NCBI RefSeq assembly: GCF_963921235.1
Contig: NC_086108.1
Coordinates: forward strand, 45,448,001 to 45,512,000
Source of the DNA: Mobula hypostoma
Taxonomy: Eukaryota
Reading direction: 5' to 3'
DNA: 64,000 nucleotides
The notes under the pieces are model-generated. The model saw only the letters and a list, made by a program, of their open reading frames with translations. It was not told the origin of the DNA and made no database searches. Shown here one piece after another: positions 37,462-50,614 of this stretch. Position 1 is the stretch's first letter, and each line of letters begins with the position of its first letter. The position numbers and the translations under genes were made by a program.

Positions 37462-37638
37462 TGTAGTGCATGGATCTATTTCTTTTAGCGCAATGACACC
37501 CCCTAGCACTAATTATTGACTGATAGCTTATGCATGCGCATTGATTTGTTCCTTTCTCTGCAAAGTGGATACGCAAATTAACTTCACCTCCCAGTGTGTG
37601 CATTTATTTATTTGGTATGTAGTTGTACAGAAAATACA
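37462..37638 (+). repeat. Gypsy 3' LTR
   Basis: Follows the PPT; homologous to 28818-28996 but visibly diverged. Confidence 0.85.
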
Positions 37639-37889
37639 CTACTTCCTTAACTAATCCTTCTCCAATCCTTGCTTGACGTTGAGTTCTTCAGAGCCATAAA
37701 TAGTGTGTTTAACCGACCCTGGCTATCCCTGATACCTGTCTGAATGTCTGCATGTTCAACCCTACTGTGACCTTGGCACACACAGAGAGCCTACCAGTGG
37801 ACAGCACAGACACAGCCACATTACCTCCACTCCATCCACCAAAAGTGGAACTACCTGGTGGCTAAATATTACTTACTTTATACCTTATT

Positions 37890-38205
37890 GTCACCAAACA
37901 ATTGGTATTAGAATGTATAATCATCACAGTGATATTTGATTCTGCGCTTCACACTCCCTGGATTACAAATATTAAATATTAAAAATAGATAAAATTAGTA
38001 AATATTAAAAATTTAAATTATAAATCATAAATAGAAAATAAAAAAATTGGAAGCAAGGTAGTGCAAAACAAAACTGAGATGCAGTTCCGGATATTTGGAG
38101 GGTACGGCCCAGATCCGGGTCAGGATCCGTTCAGCAGTCTTATCACAGTTGGAAAGAAGCTGTTCCCAGATCTGGCCATACGAGTCTTCAAGCTCCTGAA
38201 CCTTC
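37890..38205 (-). mobile_element. Rex1-like 3' fragment
   Basis: gaaagaagctgttcc...gtcttcaagctcctgaaccttct resembles 34050-34100. Confidence 0.55.
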
Positions 38206-38214
38206 TGAAAAGCT

Positions 38215-38840
38215 CCTAAAAAGGGGGTGGGGGGGGAAAAACCCAGAGGATGGGCAAGGGGTATAGTCAGAGGGACAGAGGGAGAAAAAGGAGAGAGAGA
38301 GAGAAAGAATATGTGTATATAAATAAATAACGGATGGGGTACGAGGGAGAGGTGGGGCATTAGCCGAAGTTAGAGAAGTCAATGTTCATGCCATCAGGTT
38401 GGAGGTTACCCAGATGGAAAACCTGAGTGTGGCTTCATCTTTACAGTAGAGGAGGCCGTGGATAAACCCCATCCGTACCCCATCTGTTATTTATTTATAT
38501 ACACACATTCTTTCTCTCTCTCTCCCTTTTCTCCCTCTGACTATACCCCTTGCCCATCCTCTGGGTTCCCCCCCTCCTTCCTTCTCCCTGGGCCTCCTGT
38601 CCCATGATCCTCTCATATCCCTTTTGCTAATCACCTGTCCAGCTCTTGGCTCCATCCCTCCCCCTCCTGTCTTCTCCTATCATTTGGGATCTCCCCCTCC
38701 CCGTCCCACTTTCAAATCTCTTACTAACTCTTCTTTCAGTTAGTCCTGACGAAGGGTCTCGCCCGAAATGTCGACTGTACCTCTTCCTAGAGATGCTGCC
38801 TGGCCTGCTGTGTTCACCAGCAACTTTGATGTGCGTTGCA
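38215..38840 (+). mobile_element. PLE fragment with inverted pLTR segments
   Basis: 38225-38345 and 38470-38575 are inverted copies around a GIY-YIG C-terminal remnant; hammerhead at 38742. Confidence 0.85.
38742..38776 (+). ncRNA. Minimal type-I hammerhead ribozyme motif
   Basis: AGTC CTGACGA A GGG-TCTCG-CCC GAAA TGTC GACT; perfect stem I AGUC/GACU. Confidence 0.85.
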
Positions 38841-38844
38841 AAAG

Positions 38845-39110
38845 TACATCATTCCTCCTCCTTTTCATTAAGCCCGGTCAGCAGGGCCTTCACCACATGC
38901 ATGCCTGCGGTTGTGAAGCAGACAACACCGGGTCTGTGCTTTTCCCACGCTCTCTTTGGTGTAAATGCCAGGAAGTGCGGACACCCTTGCAGCTTCAACA
39001 GTGCCAGCGCGTGAAGACATCAGAGGTCTGTGAATACCGTGGGCTCCAGCTGCCAGTAACATCTACTGTTGATTACAGACAGTCTTTCAGGCTGATGTAT
39101 TTTGTGCAGA
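38845..39110 (+). mobile_element. Gypsy gag-pro fragment, related to 8330-8590
   Basis: CFSHALFGVNARKCGHPCSF; gacatcagaggtctgtgaa shared with ~8492. Confidence 0.8.
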
Positions 39111-39229
39111 CCCACTAACTGGTCCCAGAAGCAAACTCACAAGACGTTATCTATAGCAAAATTATTCAGGTTTAGTAATGGCATAGCCTTGGTAGCTAGT
39201 ACTGTGAATAGGCCATGTTTGTAGGTAGT

Positions 39230-40172
39230 TGAATGCTACGGTGATGGCTGTATGTTGTTAGTCTGCAGAAAGTTGAACACTCAGCCAGTTCCATTATGGG
39301 CACAGAACGCCCCAGTGTTGTCACGTGAACGAAGTCAACGGAGAGAAGTACTGGTAGATATGAAGCAATCTTTTTATTCAACAAAATGAGACAGAGCAGA
39401 CATCATATTGAGACCTATTTCGGAGGAAAAAAGCCTGCATGACCCAACACTACATGACATTTTATAAGCTAAAGATCAAAAGATAATTCAGGCTAAAGAT
39501 CAAAGGACAATTCTACATTTACAATGCTTTCTTTGATCTACACACAACTCTCATACCTCCCTCTTCGCATCCACACCACAGATTCCCAAATGACACCCAG
39601 GTAATGAATTTGATCAGCATTGTCTGGTCTTCCATCTGTGGTGTCTTTTAATTAACAGCGGGTTACGGTCCTAGAAACCCATTGTTCAGAGCTGTATTTT
39701 AGATTTAATCCATGGTTCATATTCGCATCTGAAGGCTGTCGATTGAAGTCAGTTGCTGAAGTTATTTGCTACATGTGGTAACCCCTAAAAATGCTCTAAC
39801 ACCCAGCATTGAGGACACCCTCAAAAAGTAATGCCTGTAAAGGCAACATTAATCAGTAAAGACTCCCATCAACCAGGACAAACCCTCTTGTCATTGCTAC
39901 CATCAAGGAGGAGGTACAGGAGCCTGAAGACACACACTCAAACATTTCAATAACAGTTTCTTCCCCTCTGCCATCAGATTTCTGAATGGACAATAAACCC
40001 ATGAACACTACCTCTTTATTTTTTCCTCTCTTTTTGCACTAATATTTAATTTAATTTTTAATTATATATACTTATTGTAATTTATAGTTTTTTATTATTC
40101 TGTATTGCAATGCATTGCTGGTGTAAAAACACAAATTTCATGACATAATTAACCTGATTCTGATTTTGATTC
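39230..40172 (+). mobile_element. Rex1-like 3' fragment, split by a solo LTR
   Basis: ...cccatcaaccaggaca...ttgctaccatcaaggaggaggtacaggagcctgaagac...; tail aacctgattctgattttgatt. Confidence 0.75.
39316..39801 (-). repeat. Solo LTR, 486 bp, with 5-bp TSD
   Basis: TGTT...AACA termini; CCCAG at 39311-39315 and 39802-39806; minus-strand TATAAA (~39461) upstream of AATAAA (~39372). Confidence 0.85.
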
Positions 40173-40441
40173 AATATGGATAAGAACAGTTACGAAAAAT
40201 TCCAGTTATGCAGGTGAAAGCGAGGAGGGACAATTGAGCATGAAATTTTTATCTTTGAAAAATTTATTATGCTAATGGTTGTAGCTTAAAAAATTGGGTT
40301 TAGAAATGTGATTGCCTAACATATCTATTTACAATATTATCTGACAGAAAATCAAATTTTACTTGAAGGGAAGACAATTCCATGTAATATTGCATCATTT
40401 CTTTAATCATGCGGGCACTTGAGAAAGTGCTTCATACTTAC

Positions 40442-40570
40442 ACTGGCGACATGCATCTGATAATACCATGCAATGCCATTTTTCAATGGTGCTGGGTGAG
40501 ATGTCATCATGTTTCCTAAACTGTGTCCTCCATTAACAAACCTGGTTTTAAAAATACTTTCCTTTTGGAT
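40442..40570 (-). CDS. Candidate internal coding exon, 129 bp, phase 0/0
   Basis: Acceptor ...accttttaaatcatgcag| and donor AGT|gtaagt; only one frame open: IQKESIFKTRFVNGGHSLGNMMTSHPAPLKNGIAWYYQMHVAS. Confidence 0.45.
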
Positions 40571-41760
40571 CTGCATGATTTAAAAGGTAATAATTGGTAG
40601 TTTCACTTACAAATACTACACTCCACTTCAGAAAACTCGGTAGGCTGACTGCTTATTCTAAAAATGTAATGTTATTCACCACCGAGAGTTTTACTGAACT
40701 CTTCTGTTGTTACAGAACTTGAAAACTTCTTGCACTATGCACTCCTGCAATGTATTTATGAAATTTGCTCAAACACTTGGAAATGGATATCAGAGGGACC
40801 ACATTCAGGCGGAGAACCCTGGAGATGGAAGCATAGATTTTATTCCTTAGGCTCTAGCAGGACCCACACTCACTCTTGACTTCTCAAAGGGCTCTTGCCT
40901 CTGCAGGCCGAGTTTTCCTTAGCATTTGTGCCAAATTTTGCAACTTCCAGGGTCACATTTGTTCTGACTGTCATATCAACGATTATAGTCACCTCAGCTT
41001 CTTAGCCTTAGGATCATTCCAGGGACTATGCCCCATCAAAAATGCACTGACATAGTCACCTGTACTCCTTTAGCAAAGCAGAAGAAGCAGAGAGGGCACG
41101 TGGAATTGCCTGCATTGCTAACTTATTATAGACACACTTGTGGAGTACATAAGGCACCCAAGCAAAATATGAAGTTCTACATGAGTCATAAGGAATGGCT
41201 TCAATTCACTCAGTGTTCAAGTAAGAGTTGATCATGAAAGGAGTTTCCTCATATTTCAGGGGGCATACTGCCCTACTGGATGGATACTGAGGTTCAGGTC
41301 TCCCTCATCCTTACCCAGCTTCTCACTCTTGTCTGCTCTACAGACGCCCCAGCATAAAGGGCTCAGTTGAGATTACGTTTGAACTCCTCAACATGCACCT
41401 TTACTGTCTATTCAGTTGTGATGGTGACTTTCAGAATATATAAGACAGAGTTTCTCACTTTACCATCATCTGATGCTTCGTAAACTGACAAGCAAGCCAT
41501 TGCCTGATACTCTCTAGCAAGAAGAGGAGCAGCAGAAAAAAAAACATGGAGAAGAATAGGAGAAAGAGGAGGAGAATGAAAAAAAGGAGGGGGAGACGAA
41601 GGAGGATTGAGCTAATATCAAAAACATCTATAGTTTTGGCTAGTGGAAGAACTGAACAGAGGATAGTGTACAAAACAGATTTACGTGTGATGTCAAGGAA
41701 AATATAACAATCTGTATAATCTCATGGTACAGTAGTATCCAGTCAGCACATGGACATCTA

Positions 41761-41942
41761 GCCGGCTGGTGGTGTAGTGGCACCTGCACTGGAAGTCAAG
41801 GTGAGTGGTCCCAGGTTCACATCCAGCTGGCTCCATTCACGCTTCCCATCCGTGCTGGGTTGAGCTGGCAACTCGGCCTCGTAAAATGTAAACAAACGTT
41901 AAAGAAATGGCAAGGTACAGAAAGGAACAACAGCAACAACAT
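41761..41942 (+). mobile_element. tRNA-derived SINE
   Basis: A-box tggtgtagtgg, B-box-like ggttcacatcc, (caa)n-like tail. Confidence 0.6.
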
Positions 41943-43149
41943 AGACATCTACCAGTGCAGTATTGATTTCCTGCAAAAACTAAAACAGACATTTTTCATT
42001 TTTTGATAATAGGCTTAGGTGGCACGTCAAAAGATCCATGATAGTCTATTTTACACCAGTGGCCAGTTCGAACTACTTGAATGCTATGTTGAAAATTGAG
42101 GAAGAAGGTTTGTTTTTATGGTTGGTAACCTCTGGTTCTAGTTGAAAAATTGCAGGCTATGCAGTAATAGATGTGAGAATGATTAATTTGCCTCCATATT
42201 ATATCAGTTCAACATGGTTCCCTGTGTGATGACATCTCATGGTGTCATTCCTTATTCATATCAGTGTGAGGGCACTACACCTGCTGCTTTATTGCGTTAG
42301 ATAGAGTCAATCTCTTACGGCAGAGAGTTACTTCCAGAAAGCATTCATCGAGATTTCAGTCAGCCTTAATTCCTATGGAGATTTGCAGTCAGCTAGCTCA
42401 ATAAGCGTACTGTCAGGGTCAATTCGAGTAAAGTGGCAGTCAATAAAATGTGTTACTATATACTGTTACAACTCACCCTCTATTTGATTTACTATCACAT
42501 GGAAACAAAAATGGGCAGATTATGATCCTTTCAGTCAATGCTGCTTAATAGCTGCATGGAATTAATTACCTTTGGAGGCAAAGTCTTCAGGTTTAATGAA
42601 GTAATGGTCTTTCTTTTCAGATTTGCAGTATGTGCTTGAGTTGCTGCAACAAAAGATTTATGCTTCACATTAGGTAAGGGAGATGAGAGAAGAATCTTTG
42701 CTCATTATGGCTGCATTTAAAGGTGAAGTACATTTGTAAAAGTGCACTGCTGTCATTTAGAGCCTATTATTCTCAACTGAGAAGGCCCGAATGAGGTTCT
42801 GGGGTTAATTACACTCATTGAACTTCTAAGCATAATTAATCTCTGAACCCACACTGCTTTGGGAGAGAAGTCACTGTGGAAAATTGTCTCTGAGGGTTTG
42901 CTCTCTATAAACATATTATTCCATCATCAAGAGGATCTGCAAGTGGGATGTGTGATGCTACTTGATGGATTCTCTTTCTATGCATGTCCATGGGAGCAGA
43001 AAAGATCCACCAGCCATTGTGTCAGTGGTATAACCTTAAGGGTGTAAATATTGCTCCACTGACTCCACATAACTCCTGTGAAACATTAACTCCTGATCAC
43101 CACATGATATCTGTGCCAATCAGAAGGCCCGAATTAAACTAAATCTCTT

Positions 43150-44560
43150 CTGCCTGTACATATCATTTGCATGGTTGATATTACTACGGCCAGTTCACTG
43201 GTTGGTACAATTAGAGGTTGTGCCCATATTTCTGCTAATGACAAATCGAGAAAGAAGGATGAGGTCCTTTTGGCTGATGTTAGGGAACTAAGGAAGAAAT
43301 TAAAGAGTAAGACCTCAGTGGTAGACGAATCTAAATCATTACAATGGTGCCATACAACTGTGAATGCAAAAATAGTAGGATAGGGTAAATTGCTGAAAAG
43401 TGCTTGCTTTAGACTCTTGGTTTCTGGGAGAGCTAGAACTTGTGCAAAATGGATAGGTTGTATCTCATTAGGTCTAGAGGCAATCTCTCTGTAGGGGCTT
43501 TTGCAGAGGGTTTAAACTAGTTTGACAGGGAATAGGAACCTAACAGTAATTTGAATGAAATGGGGGGAAATTTGAGAAGTAAAGTATGTGAGCTTAGAAG
43601 TCAGAGGAACAAATTGCAAGAAAAAGGAAACATAATTGTTTGTTGGTGCTAAATTGCAAGGAATATAACAAGTAAAGATGATGAATTAAGTGCACAGTGC
43701 ACATGTATGATACCGTAGCAATATCATAAACTTTGTTTAAAAATGGGGAGGAGAGACAACAGTTTAGTGTTTCTAGTTACAGGATTTTCTGAAGCGATAG
43801 CAAAGGTTAGTGAAATTGGAGAAGATGTTGAAATATTGGTGAAGAAAACAATAGCAGCTGCATGGATGGATAATATGTAAGAAAAATGAAAAAAACGAGG
43901 CCAAACAGATTGAAGTGAGGGGATAAAAGGAAAATCACACAGGTGTGAATGTATTGTAAAACTTCAATCAAAAGATGATGAAACACTCAATTTCCAAGAT
44001 ATGAAAGTTAACAAGCTGACATAAAATAAAATGCTGAATGACAACAAAAATATGTAGTGTTCTGAATATCAAGGAAGGTCTAAGGTACAGTCAGACAGAT
44101 ATTGATTATAAAACACTGCGGAACTTTGGTGGATGGAATTTGATCTTGACAAATGCAAGGAGATGCTTTTTGTGAAGTCAGATGGAAATGAACTAGAGAA
44201 TGTTGATGGACAGAGAAATCTAAGGATCCAAGTCCATGTCCTGAAAGTGACAACACTGGTTAACAGACTGGTGAGGAAAGCATGTGGCATGATACCCTTA
44301 TTGAGCCTGGCATAGAATATAAGAGTTCGACTTTTTGTTGCAAGTTTACAAAAATCAGTTCGGTCTCATTGGAGCACTGTGTGCAGTTGTGGAAGGACGT
44401 GATTGTGCCAGAGAAAGTGTAGAGGAGATTCACTAGGATTCACTTAGATCAGAGGTCTTTATTTATGGGGAGAATTTGGATCCTGGACTCATTTTTCCTT
44501 GGTATGACCTGATAGAAATATATAAGATCACAAGAGGCAGAAACAGGTTGATTGGAAATC
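43150..44560 (+). mobile_element. Highly decayed CR1 (ORF1 end, APE and RT pieces)
   Basis: EVLLADVRELRKKLKSKTS; MEFDLDKCKEMLF..QRNLRIQVH..VNRLVRKACGM. Confidence 0.65.
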
Positions 44561-45449
44561 TGGATAGACCTCCTGGCAAAATCTTTAGACTGTGAATTTG
44601 CTTCCACAAACTATTTTCAGTCCAGAAATATTTTTCTCCTTAGGTTTCTGCCCATCCTTTAATTGGTTAATTTGATTATCAAACAAGTTTTTTTTTCCAC
44701 GTTCTTAAGCAATAAGTGTATTGATCAACTATAATGCTTAAGTATATGTGGTGTGATTAAAAATCTATCTTCTATTTCATGGTCTGTCGAGTGTTGTCAT
44801 CCAAACTCCTCTATAAACAAGTTTCCTTTGCAGTACAGATACTTTTGGTGATAAAGTTTGGCTATGTTCTCCATTCTGATTAACAGTTTTGCTATCTATA
44901 AATAAACTCACGCATTACCTTTTAACAATAAATAATTTGATTTATATAAAAATTGAGATTCAGCATCTTTACAATTATACTGCTTAAAAATGATCGTCTG
45001 TTATCCAGCAGACGTTGGAGACGTCTGTCTCCATTTCATAATTTAATAGGGAAGCAGCGCTGCCACTTCAGCTGTTAATTTCTAAAACTACATTTGTTGT
45101 ATATCTGCAGTCACAGCAACAATTAGTTTGAAGTTAGCTGCACTCTATGTTATTTTCAATCAAGTCAACAGTAAAATTACTGCAATGATCTGCTCATTTG
45201 AGCTAAGTTAAACTAAGCCCCTAATTACTAGTTTAGCTAAGCAGTTGTCAGTATGGAAAATAGAACAGGACAACACAAGAACAGGCTCTTTGGCCCAACA
45301 TGAGGCTGAATTTCTTCTGCCTGAACATATCCATATCCCTCCATTCCCTGCATATTCGTATGTTTATCTAACAGCACTAAACACCACTATTCTGTCTACT
45401 TCCGTCACTACCCATTCCAGGCGCCTGCACTCTATATGAAAAATGAGTG

Positions 45450-45692
45450 CTGCGGTAGCCTAGCAGATAGTGCGGGCCATTCTGGGGTTTGGAATTCAAC
45501 TCCAGCGCCGTCTGTACGTGGAGTGCGTGGGTTTTCCTGGGTGCTCCGGTTTCCGCCCACAGACCAAAGACGTACCGGGTAAGTTAACTGGTCATTGTAA
45601 ATCCACCTGTAATTAGGTTAGAGTGAAATCAGGGCTGTCAGGGCCTACTCTGTGCTGTATCATTAACTAACTAACTAACTAAATAACTAACT
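45450..45692 (+). mobile_element. V-SINE (HE1-like) nested in an old minus-strand CR1 tail (~45250-45830)
   Basis: gagtgcgtgggttttcctgggtgctccggtttccgcccacagaccaaagacgtac, typical V-domain; (ctaa)n tail. Confidence 0.75.
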
Positions 45693-46818
45693 AAATAAGA
45701 ACTTGCCAGCTCATCTCTTTTGAATTTATCCCCATCATGCTAAATGCATGTTCTTGAGCTTTTGACATTTCTACTTTTGGACAGTGATTCTGACTGCGTA
45801 GTCTATATATGCATCTCAATATTTTATAAACTTTACTCCCATCCACATCTTCCTCCAGAAAACTGTGGACCTGCATCCAGAATACAAACTGTTCGAGAAG
45901 CGAGCCAATTCGGAATCCAGACTACCAATTCACCCTGAATCTTAATTTTCTAGATCAGAAGGGCAATTAGTTTTGGAAGATGGAGATTTGAGGGGTGAAA
46001 ATGCATTACTGGTATTATTACAACACATGATTACAAAAAGTGGTGGTGCTGCCAGAATAAATATATTATTTAATATATGGAATATTTCAAACGCAAAGCA
46101 TCTGCTGCCAATGGAAGTCATGAAAACTGTACAGAGGTTGCATATTTTCCAATCAGTTTATTTTTTTCCAGTCTGCTGCTCATTACCACATGGCATTAAA
46201 TAAAGAGGCCTGCAGTCAGTATAAATTTCTAAAGGATGACCTTGGATGTTCTCAGCTGTTTTTCTTGACTGGAAAGCAGCCAAACTAATCACTTTGAATG
46301 TGAAATGTGACAGAAAGTAAGCAGTTAATTTCTTGACTTTAGCCCTGGTCACATTTTACAGATTTTGGAAAAAAAGAGTCCATTACCTTTCCACCCTGTG
46401 CAGAAAGCATTTGGCTCTTTGGTTATTAGAATATTGCTGTCCTTGCAGCATGATTTGGCTAGCTTTGTGCAATGTCAGTGTCCACATATTATGCTGCTTT
46501 CTTCACAGCCGTAGGTCTTTGGTTTAGGGAAAACTAGAGGCAGACTGTTTCATTGTAATTGCTATTCTTCAGCACAGCTCCACTTCAATGTTGGAATTGG
46601 GGTGGGTGGAAATCAAGCTAATGAGCAAATTTGAGAATAATGTTCCTATTGTGCCGAGTCAGTGGCTTCTTGTTCTCAAGTCTGTCTACGTAGATAACTG
46701 AATGAAATTAACTGCTACAATTGGACAGGTTCTCCAACCTGCTTTTGGCAGTAATTTTCTCCTCTGAAAGATAAACATAAAGGAATTTACATTGACTCTG
46801 ATCTTTACCACTACTTAC

Positions 46819-46885
46819 CGGAATGTCTTCATGAACGTTACGTGCCAGATATACAGATAATATCAAACCACAAAGTTCGGTGAAT
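46819..46885 (-). CDS. Candidate internal coding exon, 67 bp, phase 2/0
   Basis: Acceptor ...gtcctacag| and strong donor CCG|gtaagt; only one frame open throughout: (R)FTELCGLILSVYLARNVHEDIP; CpG-containing unique-looking sequence. Confidence 0.5.
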
Positions 46886-48489
46886 CTGTAGGACTGTAAT
46901 TTCTCATTTCAATTGGGCAATGATATATCTGCCCTGCTCGAGCCACTAGAATCTGAGGCGTCAGTAGTTCTGCATCCTTACCATCAAACAAAGATAAACA
47001 CAAGTGTCTACATTGTCATGCTTAAGTGACCATGTCTGCAGTGAATATAATAACAAAGGTTAAATTCGATAGAAGGTAGAGATAAAATTCCAGTGCATCA
47101 AAACACAATTACTACATAAAATCATAATTTCAGCATGTGATGGGCGAGTGGAACTGTAAAAATAATGTATGGTAATGTTTCATTTCAAAGTTTTTGACTA
47201 AGTGCTTAAGCACAAGTTCTTCTTTAAAGATTCTGCTATTCAGAATAACTTTTGATTCTTATTTTGATCTCTAATTTTGAGCTTTCCCCTCCTTCATGGT
47301 AACTTATAGAATGTAGGTAGACACATAGCATCTATAGTGACTATGCTACCATACCAGCCAGATGGCACCGGTATATATTTAAACCATCCAGCTCGTTAGT
47401 AAACCAGAATAGATTAGAAAAAGCACCAACTGTCAACTTTACTTCATACTAATAAAGCTGATCTCAGCTATGCTATCACCGGTGTTATTCCTATTGGTAC
47501 AAGTGATGCTTGTTCTGATTCCGTACCCAACATTCATTGTTCAGGCTAACATCCAAAAAAGACATTTTTATGTGGCACCCTTCGCCAGCCAAGTACCCTT
47601 AAAGTGTATTCACTCAAATGCTGTGTTAATCATGCAACTAATTTGGTGACACCAAGCTTCCAAAAGTAAAGTAATGATATAGTCTGATTTAATAATATTG
47701 AATGATGTATTACAAATGGCCAGTACCCTGGGATATTTCTGCTAACCTTTGAAATAACATATTGGTGTCTGTACCCAAAGAGTAGACAGGGTTTCGCGTG
47801 ATGTTGTATTGAAAAAGTAATCATTCCTTCAGTCTTGCAGCAAAGTGTGTCTGTTTGAACCTCTAGAATGGTATTTAGATCCATGAAGTTCTGATTTAAA
47901 GTTGACAGTGTTACCAAGTGAGCTACAGCTGATCATTGGATGAGTCATTGGTCACCTGCTCCTGTTTGTGATTTCAGAAAAGGAATACTCCAGGAACTGG
48001 TGAGGTATGAATATGTTTTATTTTCCCTGTTAATTGTGTGTTATCTGCAGTAGACACTATTTCCTATAGTAAAATTTCTATTTTAAATTAGTCACTAATT
48101 TTTCAGTTCTTCTGCATTATGTATGAGAAACTTTTCAAAAAAATGGGCTTCCAGTAAAAGGTGGTACTGTGCCCAGTCTCAGTGGCCCCTCTGGGTCCAA
48201 ACGAAGGTATAACTGTTTGTCTTTATGCCTTATTTACGATCACAAGACACAGCTGGATATTAAGAATGTCAAGTACTGCAGGTCCAACCCATCAACGAGT
48301 TGCTTGATAGCAATGGAGCTGGACTTGTTGCGCACCATGTTGAGTCTGCTACAGCCACCCAAGGAAGAAGGTGTCAGAAGCGGTGTGGTGTCCAACAAAT
48401 GGTGCAAATGATTGTCTTGGACATTTTTCTTATGATTGCAAGACCCTGTCAGACATTGGTCATGTAGAATACTGCAAGTCTGGCTCACC

Positions 48490-48992
48490 GTGAGACTGAC
48501 AGTGGGGAAGCTGCAAAGCCTCAGTGGTTGCGCGGACCAGGCCTCCAGGCCGCAGGGTTACCTGTTGCGGCCGCCCAGTGGATGAGACGCCGGAGGCTGT
48601 GCGGGAGAGAGCAGGGGCACAGTAGGTGTCCGTGCTGGGTTGGGAACTGACCCCTCATAATTGTTGCTGCCCTCCAGTATTCACTCGGTGGAAGACAAGC
48701 TGGAATCTGTACATCTGTGGCTGTGATGAGGACTGCTGAATGCTTGTTCTTGCAGAAAGACGGCTCCAGGACAATATCCCATGCACCATCAATCTACAGG
48801 CTATGACACTCAGGGACTAGGGCTAGATAGCCTGTTGTGATTGTATGTTTTCCTGCTATTGCAATTACATGTGCTACATGTGCCTTGTGCTGTGTGTGAC
48901 CATTTGTTCTGCGTTTTGTATCTTATTCCCAGAGGAACACTGTTTCCTTTGGCTGATTCATGTTTTTGGTTGAGTGACAATTGAACTTGAAC
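48490..48992 (+). mobile_element. Internally deleted Rex1-derived non-autonomous element
   Basis: GC-rich 5' part, remnant resembling ORF2 start (SVEDKLE...LVLAERRLQDNIP), tail tgacaattgaacttgaac. Confidence 0.5.
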
Positions 48993-49064
48993 AAAAGAAA
49001 GAACTCAACATTTAAATATTGCTTTTAGAAGTTCAGGACATCTCAAAGAACTTGACTGCCAATA

Positions 49065-50260
49065 AAATATTCATCCTAGCCAGCCCGTCAGGATTCTCTG
49101 CGTTATTTTTACGAGCCGGGGGTACCAATGGTCACACACAGCACAAGGCACATGAATGTTTCGGAGTGCTGCACTCCTCTCACCACTTATGCTATGATTC
49201 TATTTGCTTCCAACAGATGGATTCAAGACTCGCAATGCCATCCCAAGCTCTTTCTCCATTGTAACCAGTTATGGGCCACTGTTTCTCATGAATTCAGGGA
49301 GATGTTACACTCTTGCAAAAGGGCGTTGAGAAAATACTTGATATGCTTCTTTCATCAATCTTGTGCCACGATAGAATTTGAAGTAGAATATTTGTTTGGA
49401 GTGAGCCAGGTGAATAACATAGCCAGCCCATGGATCTAACCATGTGTAATTAGGGAACTTTGCATGGGACATGGAGCAGATTTAATTTTATTCTGCCAGT
49501 AGACTTGAAGGATTGTGTGGAAATACCATTGGTGGTACCACTCCACTGTCTTGAGATCATTCCTACAGGCAGTCCATATCTCAGAAGTTTACAGGAGGGC
49601 AGGGATCACTGTATTCTGGTTACATACATTGACCTCATGATCTTCAAACACTTTTTCTCAGGGAGCCAAAGATCATTTTTCTCTTGTATTTTCACAATCT
49701 ATGTTAGCCTTTATTGAGAAGAAGCTTGTGGGATATGTGAAATGTTCCATTTTCTATACTGTCATTGTGGACCTTTATTGTCAGGAGAACTGTGTTGTAA
49801 GCAGGGTAGTTAGAGGACTGATACTTTGCAAGAGTAAGCCCCATTCTCTTGCACAACTATGTACAAGTTAATGATAAGTCGGATCTCAGCCTCCGAAAGG
49901 GCACATAATCAATTATCGCGTGTATATTGCAGCCCAATGACTGAGGATGGAATGAGATGACTGAAATTGATCTGTTTCACTTAGTTCTACTTCATGGGTA
50001 GCTTAGTAAAAATGAGGTACACCATTTTGATCATAAAGGCTAAGAAAGTTATGTCACAACCTCTATTTGACCTAAGTATGCAAGGGGACTAGGTCTGTGG
50101 GATCATTTAGCTAAAATTGTGTAGTGGACCTTAGCTGGAAACAAATTTCTGCAGGCAGCCCAATTTGAGAAGGATGCTTTGTAGATTATTTTAATCAAGA
50201 GTTGAACACTTTTGAGAGGTCAAAAACACAATGTTGATGATCCTCCATGCCTTTCTCATG
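49065..50260 (-). mobile_element. Old RTE-like LINE remnant
   Basis: Minus-strand LQY(ADD)-like motif near 49915-49935 and decayed LINE-like coding sequence. Confidence 0.4.
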
Positions 50261-50614
50261 GAATTGGTGTGTGATGACAATCATACCCTTATGCTTCTGA
50301 ATAGATACAAGCCACCCTGGGAATTATAGCACGTAGCAGAGGGAGATTTGATCTGATTCCTTTCCTGAAGATGCTCATGTTTATGACAATCTTGAGCTTC
50401 TCTGGCATGTACTACTCTTCCTATAGGTGAAAGATGAGGTCCTGCATTTGTGACTGAGGTTCCTCTCAACCAATATTTCAGACATAGTTCAAGAGTGGAA
50501 CAGTTTCTGGTCAGAGTGGAGATCTAAGGCACTCTCCCAATATGAAGATGAATCGGTTGCCGTCAATCACGACATAAGATATAGAAGCTGAAGCCCGTCA
50601 TTCAACTTCTGAGC

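Larger units (their letters stand above)
28818..37638 (+). mobile_element. Decayed two-LTR Gypsy retrotransposon (gag-pro-RT-RNaseH-IN)
   Basis: Gag IGEFDSANENWGSYIE...KTYSLLCNLVTPEKP..VIAERFRFYKRNQ; protease MELNTVTALSVIS; RT PRFHKVRPMPY..YLDDIIVTG; RNase H LVCDTSPYGIG; IN LHEGHPGTVKMK..YVWWPGID, HIDFAGPF..VDAHSKWPE; PPT AAAGGGGGAGGAAG at 37448-37461. Confidence 0.93.

Noticed and set aside
28813..37643. TSD for the two-LTR Gypsy
   Set aside because: Flanks (ccctc vs ctact) do not match, so no TSD is claimed.
41455..41673. Hydrophobic membrane-peptide ORF
   Set aside because: Derived from a purine-rich low-complexity tract (41520-41600).
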